64,000 bases of DNA from an uncultured Bacilli bacterium (GCA_934090795.1 CAKOJQ010000003.1:33252-97251); one strand, 5' to 3'. Shown: positions 20,727-30,523, numbered from the stretch's first letter. Translations and numbers: made by a program. The notes: generated by a model not told the origin, from the sequence alone.

Positions 20727-22704
20727 CGCACTTCTCCTTTCTATCATTTAAAATATAGATTATTTGGTTATAATTAACATCATCATTAAAATGATTTACA
20801 TAAATAATTGTCTTATCATTATAAACCTCATTAATTTTATTAATTATTTCAATTCTTTCTCTAACCGCAATCTCTGAAAATGCTTCATCTAATATCAAGA
20901 TATTAAAGTTTTTATATAAACTTCTTGCAATAATTATCTTTTGTTTTTCTCCACCACTAAAATTATCTCTAACTATCGTATTTAGCTTATTTTCTTTCTT
21001 ATTAATAACATCTTCTAAATTAACTATTTTAATTATCTTATTTAGTCTATCTTTATCTAATTCATTATCTAATATAATATTATTAATTATTGTATCTTCA
21101 AATAAATAACTATTTTGATTAACATAAGATAAATTATCTAAATAACTATTATAGCTTATATCATTAAGATTCAAATTTCCTATTATTATTTTTCCATCAT
21201 AATCAGTTATATTCTTAGTTAAAATATTAATTAAAGTACTCTTTCCACTTCCATTGCATCCTTTAATTAACACTTTACTTCCCTGTTTTATTTTAAAACT
21301 TTTATTATTAATTATCTTATTTAATCCTATATAATAATTTAATTTAGAAACAATAATATCACCATTATTAAATAAGTATCCTTCACTTTTATTATCATAT
21401 TCTAAATAATATATTCCACTTATTCTATCAATCATCATCTTTAAATATTTAATAATTGGTTTAATTGTAATCAAATAATTAAAGGTATCTTTTAAATAAT
21501 CAAAATATAACAAATAAATCATAACTATTTTTAAATTACTATTTAAGCATCCCAAAATAACAATTAAACTTAAAGAGTTAACTGTTTCCATTAACGTATT
21601 TAAATAATTATTATTTCTATCTAATAAATAATTTGCTTCTGTCACATTTTTAGAATATATATCTAATTTCTTTTTAAAATAAATATTTAAATTTAATGAA
21701 CTAATAGTAATAATTTTTTCTATATACTCACATATATGATCCATATAAATATTATCTTTATCCATTAAATCATTATAATATTTAAGAATAATTTTATTTA
21801 ATTTAATACTTATTAAATAAGCGACTATATAAATTGATATAACTATAAATGTAAGTTTCAAATCTAAATATAGAAGAATAATTAAGGATATTAAACCTAA
21901 ACTAACATTTAAAATAAAATTAATAATTTCAGTACTTAAATAATTTTTAATTTTATTTAAGTCTTTAATTCGGTTAGTAATATCACCTACAGATTTTAAA
22001 TGCAAATATTTATAAGGGAGATTAAAATACTTTGATAAGTAATTGTTAACTAGTTCTAAATTAATTTTTTTATTTAAATTAATCAAGCATTCATTTTTAA
22101 TAAAATTAATTATTAATTTCGTAAGAATAATGGTAATAAAAATATTTAAATATTTATTATCTAATAAAATACTTTTAATTAATACTGACTGAAATATACT
22201 TAAAAATATTAATATAATTGTAAATATCAAACATATTATTACTTTAAACTTATTTTTATATACTAAATTTTTCAAGTAATCTAAATAAACATTTTTCTTT
22301 TTATATCTAACAATTTTCCCATTAGGAATTAGTTTTAAAATATAACCAGTAAATATTTTGTTAAACTCTTGATAAGTATATTTAGTTAGACCAACTTCGG
22401 GATCCATAACTACTACTTTATCTTTATTTTTTTCATAAACAACCATAAAATGATTAAAATTATTAATTCTGGTTTGAACTATATATGGTGGAGATACATC
22501 TTGATTAATAATTCCTATTGAATCAAAGCCATATTTTAAAGCTGCCATCTTAATATTATAAAAATTAGTGCCTTTATTATCAGTTAATGTATCACATCTA
22601 ACTACTTCTAATGGAACAAAACCATTATAATATTTAATAATTGACGCTAATGAACTAGCCCCACAATCTTTTTCTTCTTCTTGTCTAACAATATATCCTT
22701 TCAT
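20719..22704 (-). CDS. Bacteriocin-processing ABC transporter with N-terminal C39 peptidase domain (LagD/LcnC/ComA family)
   Basis: 661 aa. C39 catalytic Cys (EEKDCGASSLASII) and His (NFNHFMVVY). Six TM segments. Walker A GCNGSGKST, signature FSGGEKQ, Walker B ILILDEA. Confidence 0.85.
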   Translation of the reverse strand: MKGYIVRQEEEKDCGASSLASIIKYYNGFVPLEVVRCDTLTDNKGTNFYNIKMAALKYGFDSIGIINQDVSPPYIVQTRINNFNHFMVVYEKNKDKVVVMDPEVGLTKYTYQEFNKIFTGYILKLIPNGKIVRYKKKNVYLDYLKNLVYKNKFKVIICLIFTIILIFLSIFQSVLIKSILLDNKYLNIFITIILTKLIINFIKNECLINLNKKINLELVNNYLSKYFNLPYKYLHLKSVGDITNRIKDLNKIKNYLSTEIINFILNVSLGLISLIILLYLDLKLTFIVISIYIVAYLISIKLNKIILKYYNDLMDKDNIYMDHICEYIEKIITISSLNLNIYFKKKLDIYSKNVTEANYLLDRNNNYLNTLMETVNSLSLIVILGCLNSNLKIVMIYLLYFDYLKDTFNYLITIKPIIKYLKMMIDRISGIYYLEYDNKSEGYLFNNGDIIVSKLNYYIGLNKIINNKSFKIKQGSKVLIKGCNGSGKSTLINILTKNITDYDGKIIIGNLNLNDISYNSYLDNLSYVNQNSYLFEDTIINNIILDNELDKDRLNKIIKIVNLEDVINKKENKLNTIVRDNFSGGEKQKIIIARSLYKNFNILILDEAFSEIAVRERIEIINKINEVYNDKTIIYVNHFNDDVNYNQIIYILNDRKEKCDE

Positions 22705-22961
22705 TTAATCACCCTCTATATATATATTTAGTATAAAAGTATCAAGTTTACTTGTTTTTTTACAATTTTTTTAAAAATTTTATTTTATGACACTTTCTAA
22801 TTTTATGCAATTTTAAATAAGTCCTAATAGCCTCAAATAAGTGTAAAACTTTAATAAAATAACAAGTAAATTAGGTTACTCTTTACAATATATATTTATA
22901 GAAGCACCATAAAAGGTGTTTTTAGTACGTACAAAAAATATTAATGGAAGGAGAAAATATT

Positions 22962-23021
22962 ATGAAAAGATTTAAAGTAATTTTAAAATTATTATTCAAA
23001 TTATTTTTCTTATTTATATAA
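22962..23021 (+). CDS. Possible 19-aa cationic amphipathic peptide MKRFKVILKLLFKLFFLFI
   Basis: GGAAGGAG RBS 9 nt before the ATG. Lies in the divergent region next to the bacteriocin transporter. Speculative. Confidence 0.2.
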   Translation: MKRFKVILKLLFKLFFLFI

Positions 23022-23079
23022 GCAATTTATCATAAAAATTAAAAATGCCTAATATAATTAACTGATATGGAGGAATATA

Positions 23080-23568
23080 ATGATTAATAAACAAAAATTA
23101 TGGTTTTTAACATTATTTAGTATTATTTTAGTACTTTCAGTTTACTACATAGCTATGGATGAAAACACCCTAACTAAATTAACACCATCACCTGTTACAA
23201 CAAGTGAAGTCTTAAATGTAAAAGAAGAAGATACTTTAAGTGCCCTACGTGTTGAAGACGACGATCAAGATCAAAAAGTCATTGCTGAATTACAAGGAAT
23301 TCTTTTAGATCAAACAGTTAGTGCTGAAGAAAAAAATAATGCATATGAAAAACTAAAAGGCATTAATAGTACTAAAAGTAAAGAAACAAAATTAGAATCA
23401 TTAATACTTAAAACTTACAATTTAAAAAGTTTTATTAAAATTAAAGATGATCAAATAAACGTAATTATTTCATCCAAAAATAAAAATGTAACTGATGCTA
23501 ATAATATAATAAGAACCATTCAAAAAGAATTTGATACTCAAAAATACATTACAGTTAAGTATCAATAA
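23080..23568 (+). CDS. Membrane-anchored hypothetical protein (single N-terminal TM, acidic ectodomain)
   Basis: 162 aa; LWFLTLFSIILVLSVYYIAM TM. Weak resemblance to SpoIIIAH-like proteins only. Confidence 0.35.
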   Translation: MINKQKLWFLTLFSIILVLSVYYIAMDENTLTKLTPSPVTTSEVLNVKEEDTLSALRVEDDDQDQKVIAELQGILLDQTVSAEEKNNAYEKLKGINSTKSKETKLESLILKTYNLKSFIKIKDDQINVIISSKNKNVTDANNIIRTIQKEFDTQKYITVKYQ

Positions 23569-23640
23569 TTTTAAACATTCACTAAAGCCCCTTTTTAATC
23601 ATAAAATATGAGTGAGAAATGATGGAAAGGAAGATATTTA

Positions 23641-23844
23641 GTGGACTTAATCCTGACTAAAAGAGAAAAAGAAATTTTTAATTTATTAATAAAAAATAAA
23701 AATACAAGAGATATTTCTAAAGAATTACATATATCTGAAAAAACAATAAGAAATCATATATCTAACGTAATTCAAAAGCTAGACTGTCAAAATAGAACTT
23801 GTGCTATATTAGAATTAATTAAATTAGGTGAAATTAATTTATAA
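23641..23844 (+). CDS. LuxR/GerE-family HTH transcriptional regulator (stand-alone DNA-binding domain, GTG start)
   Basis: 67 aa; LTKREKEIFNLLIKNKNTRDISKELHISEKTIRNHISNVIQKL is the LuxR_C HTH. GAAAGGAAG RBS. Confidence 0.55.
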   Translation: MDLILTKREKEIFNLLIKNKNTRDISKELHISEKTIRNHISNVIQKLDCQNRTCAILELIKLGEINL

Positions 23845-23900
23845 GTCGTTAAACAAACGACTTATATTTTTTGGCTTGCATATAATTAATTGGTGGAATT

Positions 23901-24815
23901 ATGTTAAAAAATAAACTAAAAAAAAGAATATTTCTTATTATATCTTCTCTTCTAATTATTTTCATTATCTATTTATTTCCCACAAAAAAAATAGAAACAA
24001 TAAATAATGTCAAAAAAAATTATAAAGAAGCCTATATTTATTTACTTGATCAAAATAACTATGTTGCTAGAGTTAATATTATTTTAAATGAAAAAGATAA
24101 TCTTAATAAAATAAAAGAAATAGTTAACTATTTAACAATCGATGGTAATAAATCAAATTATATAAAAGAAGGATTTACTCCTATAATACCTAAAAAGACC
24201 AAATTATTATCCGTTGATATCGATAATAATATTGTTAAACTAAATTTTTCTAAAGAATTACTAAATATTCCCGATAATAAAATCGATCAATTAATTTCTT
24301 CTCTAATTTACTCTATCACCAGTTTAAATAACGATTATAAATTATCTATTTATATTGAAGGAAATATTTTAACTAAATTATCAAATAATAAATTAATAGA
24401 TCCCATATTAGATCGAAGTTATGGTATTAATAAAGTGTTTAACATAAATAATATTGTTGGAACTACCAAAACAACTATATTCTATTTATCAAAACAAGAT
24501 GACTATTACTATTATATTCCCATAACTTTAGTAAATAATGATCAAGATGATAAAATAAAAATTATTATTGAAGAAATGGCATCTAAAAGTGTTTATAACA
24601 CTAATCTAATTAGTTATATCAAAGATATAAAAAAAGCTGCCTATGAGATTAAAAATGACTATATTGTTCTTAATTTAAATAGCAATAATTTTTCATCTAA
24701 GGAATTAATTGAAGAAACTATTTATACTTTTAACCTATCCATTAAAGAAAACTATAACATAAACAAAGTTGTTTATTATATTGACGATAATCTTTATAAT
24801 TCTTATGACATTTAA
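23901..24815 (+). CDS. Membrane-anchored hypothetical protein (304 aa)
   Basis: N-terminal TM IFLIISSLLIIFIIYLF. No family recognised. Confidence 0.35.
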   Translation: MLKNKLKKRIFLIISSLLIIFIIYLFPTKKIETINNVKKNYKEAYIYLLDQNNYVARVNIILNEKDNLNKIKEIVNYLTIDGNKSNYIKEGFTPIIPKKTKLLSVDIDNNIVKLNFSKELLNIPDNKIDQLISSLIYSITSLNNDYKLSIYIEGNILTKLSNNKLIDPILDRSYGINKVFNINNIVGTTKTTIFYLSKQDDYYYYIPITLVNNDQDDKIKIIIEEMASKSVYNTNLISYIKDIKKAAYEIKNDYIVLNLNSNNFSSKELIEETIYTFNLSIKENYNINKVVYYIDDNLYNSYDI

Positions 24816-24842
24816 AAAGCACATAACCAGTGCTTTATTTTC

Positions 24843-25133
24843 TTATTTAACTAATTTTTTTGCAAAACTAGAATTATTATTATGTCTGTTTAAAATCATT
24901 TCATTAAATTTATTCGGATCCGGTGAAATATATCTAAGTAGTAATAAATATTTATTTTCAATTATATCATCCAAATAAGCATTTCCCTTATCTGTCATAA
25001 CTATCATACAATTATCTATAACAATTAATTCTTCATCTAACATATAGTCTAATAAATCATAATTAGTTATAAAATAATTATTATAACCCTTTCTTAACAT
25101 TAACAACATACTTCCAATTTCTAAACAATTCAT
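24843..25133 (-). CDS. Hypothetical protein (96 aa)
   Basis: ORF only. Confidence 0.25.
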   Translation of the reverse strand: MNCLEIGSMLLMLRKGYNNYFITNYDLLDYMLDEELIVIDNCMIVMTDKGNAYLDDIIENKYLLLLRYISPDPNKFNEMILNRHNNNSSFAKKLVK

Positions 25134-25165
25134 ATTTTATCTCCTCCATGTATTATATTTAGAAA

Positions 25166-25220
25166 TAAAAAAAGTAGAAATATAACGCATTAAAAACGTC
25201 TTTACTTCTACTTCTTTTTT
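25166..25220 (-). terminator. Rho-independent terminator downstream of the SDR gene (looks bidirectional)
   Basis: Stem aagtagaa (25172-79)/ttctactt (25206-13) flanked by A-run and T-run. Confidence 0.4.
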
Positions 25221-25266
25221 AATCTATAACTACATTATACAAATATTTTTAATAAATTACAAGTAA

Positions 25267-26004
25267 TTATTGTGCCGTATATCCTCCATCAATTGGAATA
25301 ACAGCTCCAGTTATAAATGATGCTTTTTCACTTAATAAATAAACAATTAAATTAGCAATTTCATTATCTTTTCCTAATCTTCCAATAGGCATTTGATTAG
25401 CCATAGCCTCTTTCATATCAGCAGGAACTTGACTTAAAATTGGAGTATCAACATAACCTGGCGCAACTGCATTAATTCTAATATTATCTCTTGCATAAGT
25501 AAGTGCAAGTGATCTTGTCATTTGGTTAATTGCTCCTTTAGTAGCTGAATAAGCAAAACTCATAGTTGTACCAACTAAGCCATACATACTTGATGTATTA
25601 ACAATGCTTCCACCACCATTTTTAAGCATTTCAGCAATAACATATTTATTAGCTAAGAATATTCCTGTTTGATTAACAGCAACAACCTTATTCCATTCTT
25701 CTAAACTAACTTCATGGGCTTTATTTGGTCCACCACCAATTCCAGCATTTGCAACTAAGTAATCAATGTGTCCAAATTTACTTACTGTTTCCTCTACTAA
25801 AGATTTAACATTTTCTTCACTTGAAACATCACATTTAATTCCTAATGCATTTTCACCTATACTAGATGCAATTTCTTCAACATTATCATTCCAATCAGCA
25901 AGAACAACATTTACACCATAACCAGCTAACTTTTTAGCAGTAGCAAGACCAATACCTGATGCTCCTCCTGTTATAATTGCAACTTTATTATTTTCCATTT
26001 TCAT
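25267..26004 (-). CDS. Short-chain dehydrogenase/reductase (SDR) family oxidoreductase
   Basis: TGGASGIG Rossmann motif, NAG, catalytic YSATK (YxxxK); 245 aa. Confidence 0.8.
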   Translation of the reverse strand: MKMENNKVAIITGGASGIGLATAKKLAGYGVNVVLADWNDNVEEIASSIGENALGIKCDVSSEENVKSLVEETVSKFGHIDYLVANAGIGGGPNKAHEVSLEEWNKVVAVNQTGIFLANKYVIAEMLKNGGGSIVNTSSMYGLVGTTMSFAYSATKGAINQMTRSLALTYARDNIRINAVAPGYVDTPILSQVPADMKEAMANQMPIGRLGKDNEIANLIVYLLSEKASFITGAVIPIDGGYTAQ

Positions 26005-26081
26005 CTTCTCCTTTTCTATCCTACCAAATTAATTATAGCACACAAATAACAAAATAAACTAAATAAGATAACCTAACTAGA

Positions 26082-28553
26082 TTATCTTAACTTACTTTTG
26101 TCATCTAAATTATATTTGTTTATTAACTCTTCAACACTATAACCAAATTTATCTTTAAATTCTTCATTATTCATATAGAAAATTTGGTTTAATTTACCAT
26201 TTTCATCAATAAGATTTATTCCTAACTCCTCACTTAATTTTATTTTAGCAATAAATTCTTTCAATGCACTTAGATGTGTAACTTGTTTATTTAATTCAGT
26301 GTCTATCTTACGCTCTAAACATATATTTTTTATTTGAGTAAAATCTTTTAATAGATTAAATCTCATACCAATTTGTAAAAGCAATTTGCCCTGTTCACTT
26401 TCAGGTAAACATTTTTGTCTTTGCGTATCAATCCATCTTCCTAAATTTATTTTGCCATTAATATCATAATTTTTTCCATCATTGGTTTTAAATTTTACGG
26501 GAATTTCTAAATCTCCGTGTGATTCATAATACTTTTTGGCATATTCATACATTTCTTTCCATGATAATGTAGAATTTTTATTTTGAAATCGCATGCCGAT
26601 TTGTAAAAGGGATTTGCCTTGTTCACTTTTAATTGGGCATAAATATCTTTGATTAGTTATCCATTGACCTAAGTTTATTTTACCATTTGGATCATAAGTT
26701 ACTCCATCATTGGTTTTAAACCATCGCGGTATTTCTAAATTTCCATGTACTTCATAATATTTTTTAGCCAGTTCATACATTTCTTTCCATGATAACGTTG
26801 AATTTTTATTTTCGAATCTCATGTCAATTTGTAAAAGTAATTTTTCCCTTTCACTTTCCGGTAAACATCTCCTTCTTTGCTTTGATATCCATTGACCTAA
26901 GTTTATTTGGCCATTAGGATTATAATTTATTCCATCATTGGTTTTAAATTTTACGGGAATTTCTAAATCTCCGTGTGATTCATAATACTTTTTGGCATAT
27001 TCATACATTTCTTTCCATGATAATGTAGATTTCTTATTTTCAAATCGCATTCCGATTAGTAAAAGTAATTTTCCCCTTTCACTATCAGGTAAACATGATT
27101 GTCTTTGATTTGCTATCCAACATCCTAAATTTATCTTTCCATTTGAATCATATGTAGTTCCATCATTAGTTTTAAACCTTTGAAGTATTTCTAAATCGCC
27201 ATATGTTTCATAATATTTTCTTGCAAGTTCATAATAATCCATCCAAGTTCGATTAATTCTTTTATAATAATCACTTAAGAAATTAAATATATCTATATTC
27301 TGAATTTCAATATTAAATTTAACTTCAGAAATATTGCTTCTTTCGTTGATTCTTCCTGTTTTGTGACTTTGTTCTTTAATTCTATCCTTAATGTTATTTT
27401 CAAGTTCATTCATATAAGTATAATTTCCGGCTAAATCAATAATTACAGGATTATTATTTCGATTAACGGATAAGGCTCTACCTAGTTGTTCAAAGAAAAC
27501 AATATCCGATGATGTTCCTCTTCCCATAATTACTCCATCAACATTTGGAGCATGAATTCCTTCATTATATTGATTTATAGCAAACATGACTCTTAATTTA
27601 TTACTTACATTATTACCACTTAAATCTACATCTTGGTAAAATGCTTCTCTATTTTTCTTTCCATCAGTTCCCATCTCACTTGTTGTTGAATAAAAAGCAA
27701 TATTTTCTTCACATGTTATTTGTTTAAACCATTCAAGTGCTTCTTTTTTAATGGTTTCAATATCGTTTACATCTTTTTCTGAAAATGGTGGACAAAAATA
27801 TATTAGTTTAGAATTTGAATGAATTGTTTCTTTTATAATTTTAGCTATACTTGGTGCTTCAGCTATTCTTTTTTTAGCAGCCTCTAGCTCTTTTTGATTT
27901 TCTTCTTCTAGACCTAAAGAACTTGTTTTATTCTCTAATTTTTTTAGTATTTCTTCTAAACCAATTACACTTGTTTTATAAGTTATATTTTGGGGTAAGA
28001 TACCATCAATTATGGCATCACATAAGTCATATCTACTTATTATTTTATTAGAAAATAATTCATCAGTTTCTGGATTTGCCATATCTCTTTCATATGAAGT
28101 ATTTCGGTCTCTTATAGTATAAGCAGTCATTCCAAATATTTTAATATCAGAATGAGTTTCAATAAATGTTTTAGTACGAGCACCCCATATTGGTGCTCCT
28201 AAATGATGGAATTCATCTAAAATTAATAAATCGCAATCAATATTCTCCATCTCTTCAAGTGATAAATTAATCAAACTTTGATAGGTTCTAAATTCAACAT
28301 TAGCAAAATCTTTTTCTTTACTAAAACCGGATTCTTTAATAATGTTTTCCAGATGTTCTATAATCCCATTTGATGGAACTATATATACAACTTTTTTATC
28401 TTGATTATGATAAGCTAAATTTAAAGCAAGATAGCTTTTACCAGTACCTGTTGCATGAACTATACCGACAACATCTTCACCACTTTGATAAGCATTATCT
28501 ATTTTTCTATATGCTTCTTCATTATGTTTATATAACTCTAAACCTCTATTCAT
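26082..28553 (-). CDS. SF2 helicase (ResIII/DEAD-like) fused to five tandem ~68-aa helicase-associated (HA-like) repeats
   Basis: Walker A HATGTGKSY, DExH LILDEFHH, motif III TAYT, motif VI FEQLGRAL. C-terminal repeats STLSWKEMYEYAKKYYESHGDLEIPVKFKTNDGxNYxxNGKINLGxWIxxQRxxCLPESExGKLLLQIGMRFxNKN x5. Confidence 0.7.
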   Translation of the reverse strand: MNRGLELYKHNEEAYRKIDNAYQSGEDVVGIVHATGTGKSYLALNLAYHNQDKKVVYIVPSNGIIEHLENIIKESGFSKEKDFANVEFRTYQSLINLSLEEMENIDCDLLILDEFHHLGAPIWGARTKTFIETHSDIKIFGMTAYTIRDRNTSYERDMANPETDELFSNKIISRYDLCDAIIDGILPQNITYKTSVIGLEEILKKLENKTSSLGLEEENQKELEAAKKRIAEAPSIAKIIKETIHSNSKLIYFCPPFSEKDVNDIETIKKEALEWFKQITCEENIAFYSTTSEMGTDGKKNREAFYQDVDLSGNNVSNKLRVMFAINQYNEGIHAPNVDGVIMGRGTSSDIVFFEQLGRALSVNRNNNPVIIDLAGNYTYMNELENNIKDRIKEQSHKTGRINERSNISEVKFNIEIQNIDIFNFLSDYYKRINRTWMDYYELARKYYETYGDLEILQRFKTNDGTTYDSNGKINLGCWIANQRQSCLPDSERGKLLLLIGMRFENKKSTLSWKEMYEYAKKYYESHGDLEIPVKFKTNDGINYNPNGQINLGQWISKQRRRCLPESEREKLLLQIDMRFENKNSTLSWKEMYELAKKYYEVHGNLEIPRWFKTNDGVTYDPNGKINLGQWITNQRYLCPIKSEQGKSLLQIGMRFQNKNSTLSWKEMYEYAKKYYESHGDLEIPVKFKTNDGKNYDINGKINLGRWIDTQRQKCLPESEQGKLLLQIGMRFNLLKDFTQIKNICLERKIDTELNKQVTHLSALKEFIAKIKLSEELGINLIDENGKLNQIFYMNNEEFKDKFGYSVEELINKYNLDDKSKLR

Positions 28554-28806
28554 CTAAATCACTTTCCACTTTTTCTATATCTATAAAATTAGTTCCATCT
28601 ATTGTTTGCTTAGTAATCATTACATAATCATTTTTAAGAATTTGACAGTTAAATTCATCTTGTTCAAATTCATATGATTCTACTTCACCATCAACATCTA
28701 TTTTAAAACCAATATTATGTCTATCAATAACATCTAATAAATTGTTGTTTTCATTATATTCTAAAGGAATATAAACTTCCTTAACTATTCCATATAATCT
28801 TTCCAT
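28546..28806 (-). CDS. Small acidic protein (86 aa from MERLYGIV...) translationally coupled to helicase 1
   Basis: ORF track gives 28546..28863 (TTG start); the ATG at 28804-06 is more plausible. Stop overlaps the helicase start by 8 nt. pI very acidic (many D/E). Confidence 0.4.
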   Translation of the reverse strand: MERLYGIVKEVYIPLEYNENNNLLDVIDRHNIGFKIDVDGEVESYEFEQDEFNCQILKNDYVMITKQTIDGTNFIDIEKVESDLDE

Positions 28807-28878
28807 GATACCACTCTTTTCTTTTTTAATTTTAACATAAATATGAAAAAAGGTAACCACCAACGATTATCTTTACTA

Positions 28879-29394
28879 CTAATTATTGTTTGGTAATTTC
28901 TTTACCCATTCATAAAGTTCTTTACACTTATTATCAAGTTCTTTTAAAACATCAAGCATACTTAAATGTTTATTATTTTTATCATAATAACTAGTTTTAC
29001 ATTCAAGTAAAGTTCTTGGATAATCAAACCCTTCATCTACTTCTATATCAAACCCATTAGGTAAATTATCAAAATCATATTTATCATTAAATAAAATATA
29101 AGTTATTGTACTATCTAATTCCTTCCAATAATCAAAATTATTTTCCTTTATTTTTTTAATAATAATTCTTTCATTATTTTGATATTCTTCTAAGTTTTTA
29201 ATATCCTCATCAAAATATTCGTAAAATTCAATTTTATAATGACCTGAACAACTTGCAAATGTTTTATATCCCTTTTTATTTAACAAAGCAACCGCAGGAG
29301 CAATCATTTTATCACAAACAAACACTTTAGGATGATCTTCAGCATAAGTATAAACTTCAAATGTTTCCTTATCTATAATACTATTTTTATCCAT
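28879..29394 (-). CDS. Hypothetical protein (171 aa)
   Basis: ORF upstream of the small acidic protein; no family recognised. Confidence 0.3.
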   Translation of the reverse strand: MDKNSIIDKETFEVYTYAEDHPKVFVCDKMIAPAVALLNKKGYKTFASCSGHYKIEFYEYFDEDIKNLEEYQNNERIIIKKIKENNFDYWKELDSTITYILFNDKYDFDNLPNGFDIEVDEGFDYPRTLLECKTSYYDKNNKHLSMLDVLKELDNKCKELYEWVKKLPNNN

Positions 29395-29439
29395 AATATA
29401 AATCGCCTTCCTATATAAAATTATAACATAATAAATTCC

Positions 29440-29840
29440 TACTCTAAATTAATACCTTTATTTAATAATTTATTTCCCATAAAATATAATGCACTATCAA
29501 TAAATACTTGTAAAAATACATATAAATACAACATTTTTCTTAATAACATATATTTACCTTTTAAATCATATGCCCTATCATAATTATTAATGAATAATGA
29601 TAATTCTGGAATATTTTTACCAATAATACTAAATATAGATATTATTAATAAAATTGTTAAAAGATAAGTTACAACACTAAAAGTAACTGATTTAGATTTT
29701 TATTATTATTCCATTTACTTCCTAAAGTAGTACCAAAATATCCCGAATATTCTAAAGGTATATATACTTCTTTAACTACACCATATAATCTTTCCGTGAT
29801 ACCACTCATTTCTTTTTTAATTGTAACATAAATATAAAAA
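29440..29840 (-). pseudogene. Decayed cassette remnant: 5' end of a second small-acidic-protein gene (MSGITERLYGVVKEVYIPLEY...) frameshifted into a membrane-protein-like fragment
   Basis: 29700-29840 is ~80% identical at DNA level to 28760-28870 (promoter/RBS/first 20 codons of the 86-aa gene), then diverges. Two disrupted reading frames; no intact ORF. Confidence 0.4.
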
Positions 29841-29857
29841 AAGGTAATCTTAATGGA

Positions 29858-30523
29858 TTATCTCTTTACCAATCTTTTTCCTTTATTTTTATTATACATA
29901 TATTCATCTATTGAAACTTGATGTTTTATATCTTTAACATCATCAACCAATTGCAACTTATTAAATAAACGCATAAACATAACATTAAAAGGAGCATAAT
30001 AACTACCAGAATTACAAAATTTAATTGTTACTCTTCCCAAATTAGTACTTCCATTTAAAACTCCCGATAATATAGATTTAGGTATAAATTCAAGTTCAAA
30101 TTCATCATCTATTTTTCTTATCTTTAAAATATTAGCATCATCGTGATTAAGTTCATCACTGCACCATGTAATAGTCTTATTTTCTTCATCATATAATTCA
30201 AAATAATGATAAAAATCATATTTGAGAGCTTTCTCACGATATCTTTTATTATATTTTTCAACCTCATAATTATTATTAAAAACATTATCCAAAGTACAAA
30301 CATTTACATTTTCTATATCCGCAAATAAATCTTGAAATGCTGAATATACTGCCCCATTTTCTTTAGTAATAGTAAAAAACATATTTTTAATTAATTTACT
30401 ATCATCCATTATTGTCCAGTACAAATCACCATTTCCGTAAGTAGACATATTAACTCTAACATTTCCATCAATTAATGTAATATCTTTAAAACCATTATTA
30501 ATTCCACTAGTAACAATTTCCAT
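29858..30523 (-). CDS. Hypothetical protein (222 aa from MEIVTSGINNG...)
   Basis: GGAGG RBS before the ATG at 30521-23 (ORF track's 30544 start is longer). Directly downstream of helicase 2. Confidence 0.35.
   Translation of the reverse strand: MEIVTSGINNGFKDITLIDGNVRVNMSTYGNGDLYWTIMDDSKLIKNMFFTITKENGAVYSAFQDLFADIENVNVCTLDNVFNNNYEVEKYNKRYREKALKYDFYHYFELYDEENKTITWCSDELNHDDANILKIRKIDDEFELEFIPKSILSGVLNGSTNLGRVTIKFCNSGSYYAPFNVMFMRLFNKLQLVDDVKDIKHQVSIDEYMYNKNKGKRLVKR

Noticed and set aside
24769-24978. ORF 24769..24978 (+) overlapping the end of 23901..24815 and the minus-strand ORF 24843..25133, and ORF 32622..32909 (+) overlapping the 3' end of 32693..34330.
   Set aside because: Low-complexity hydrophobic translations with no RBS; they overlap better-supported neighbours.
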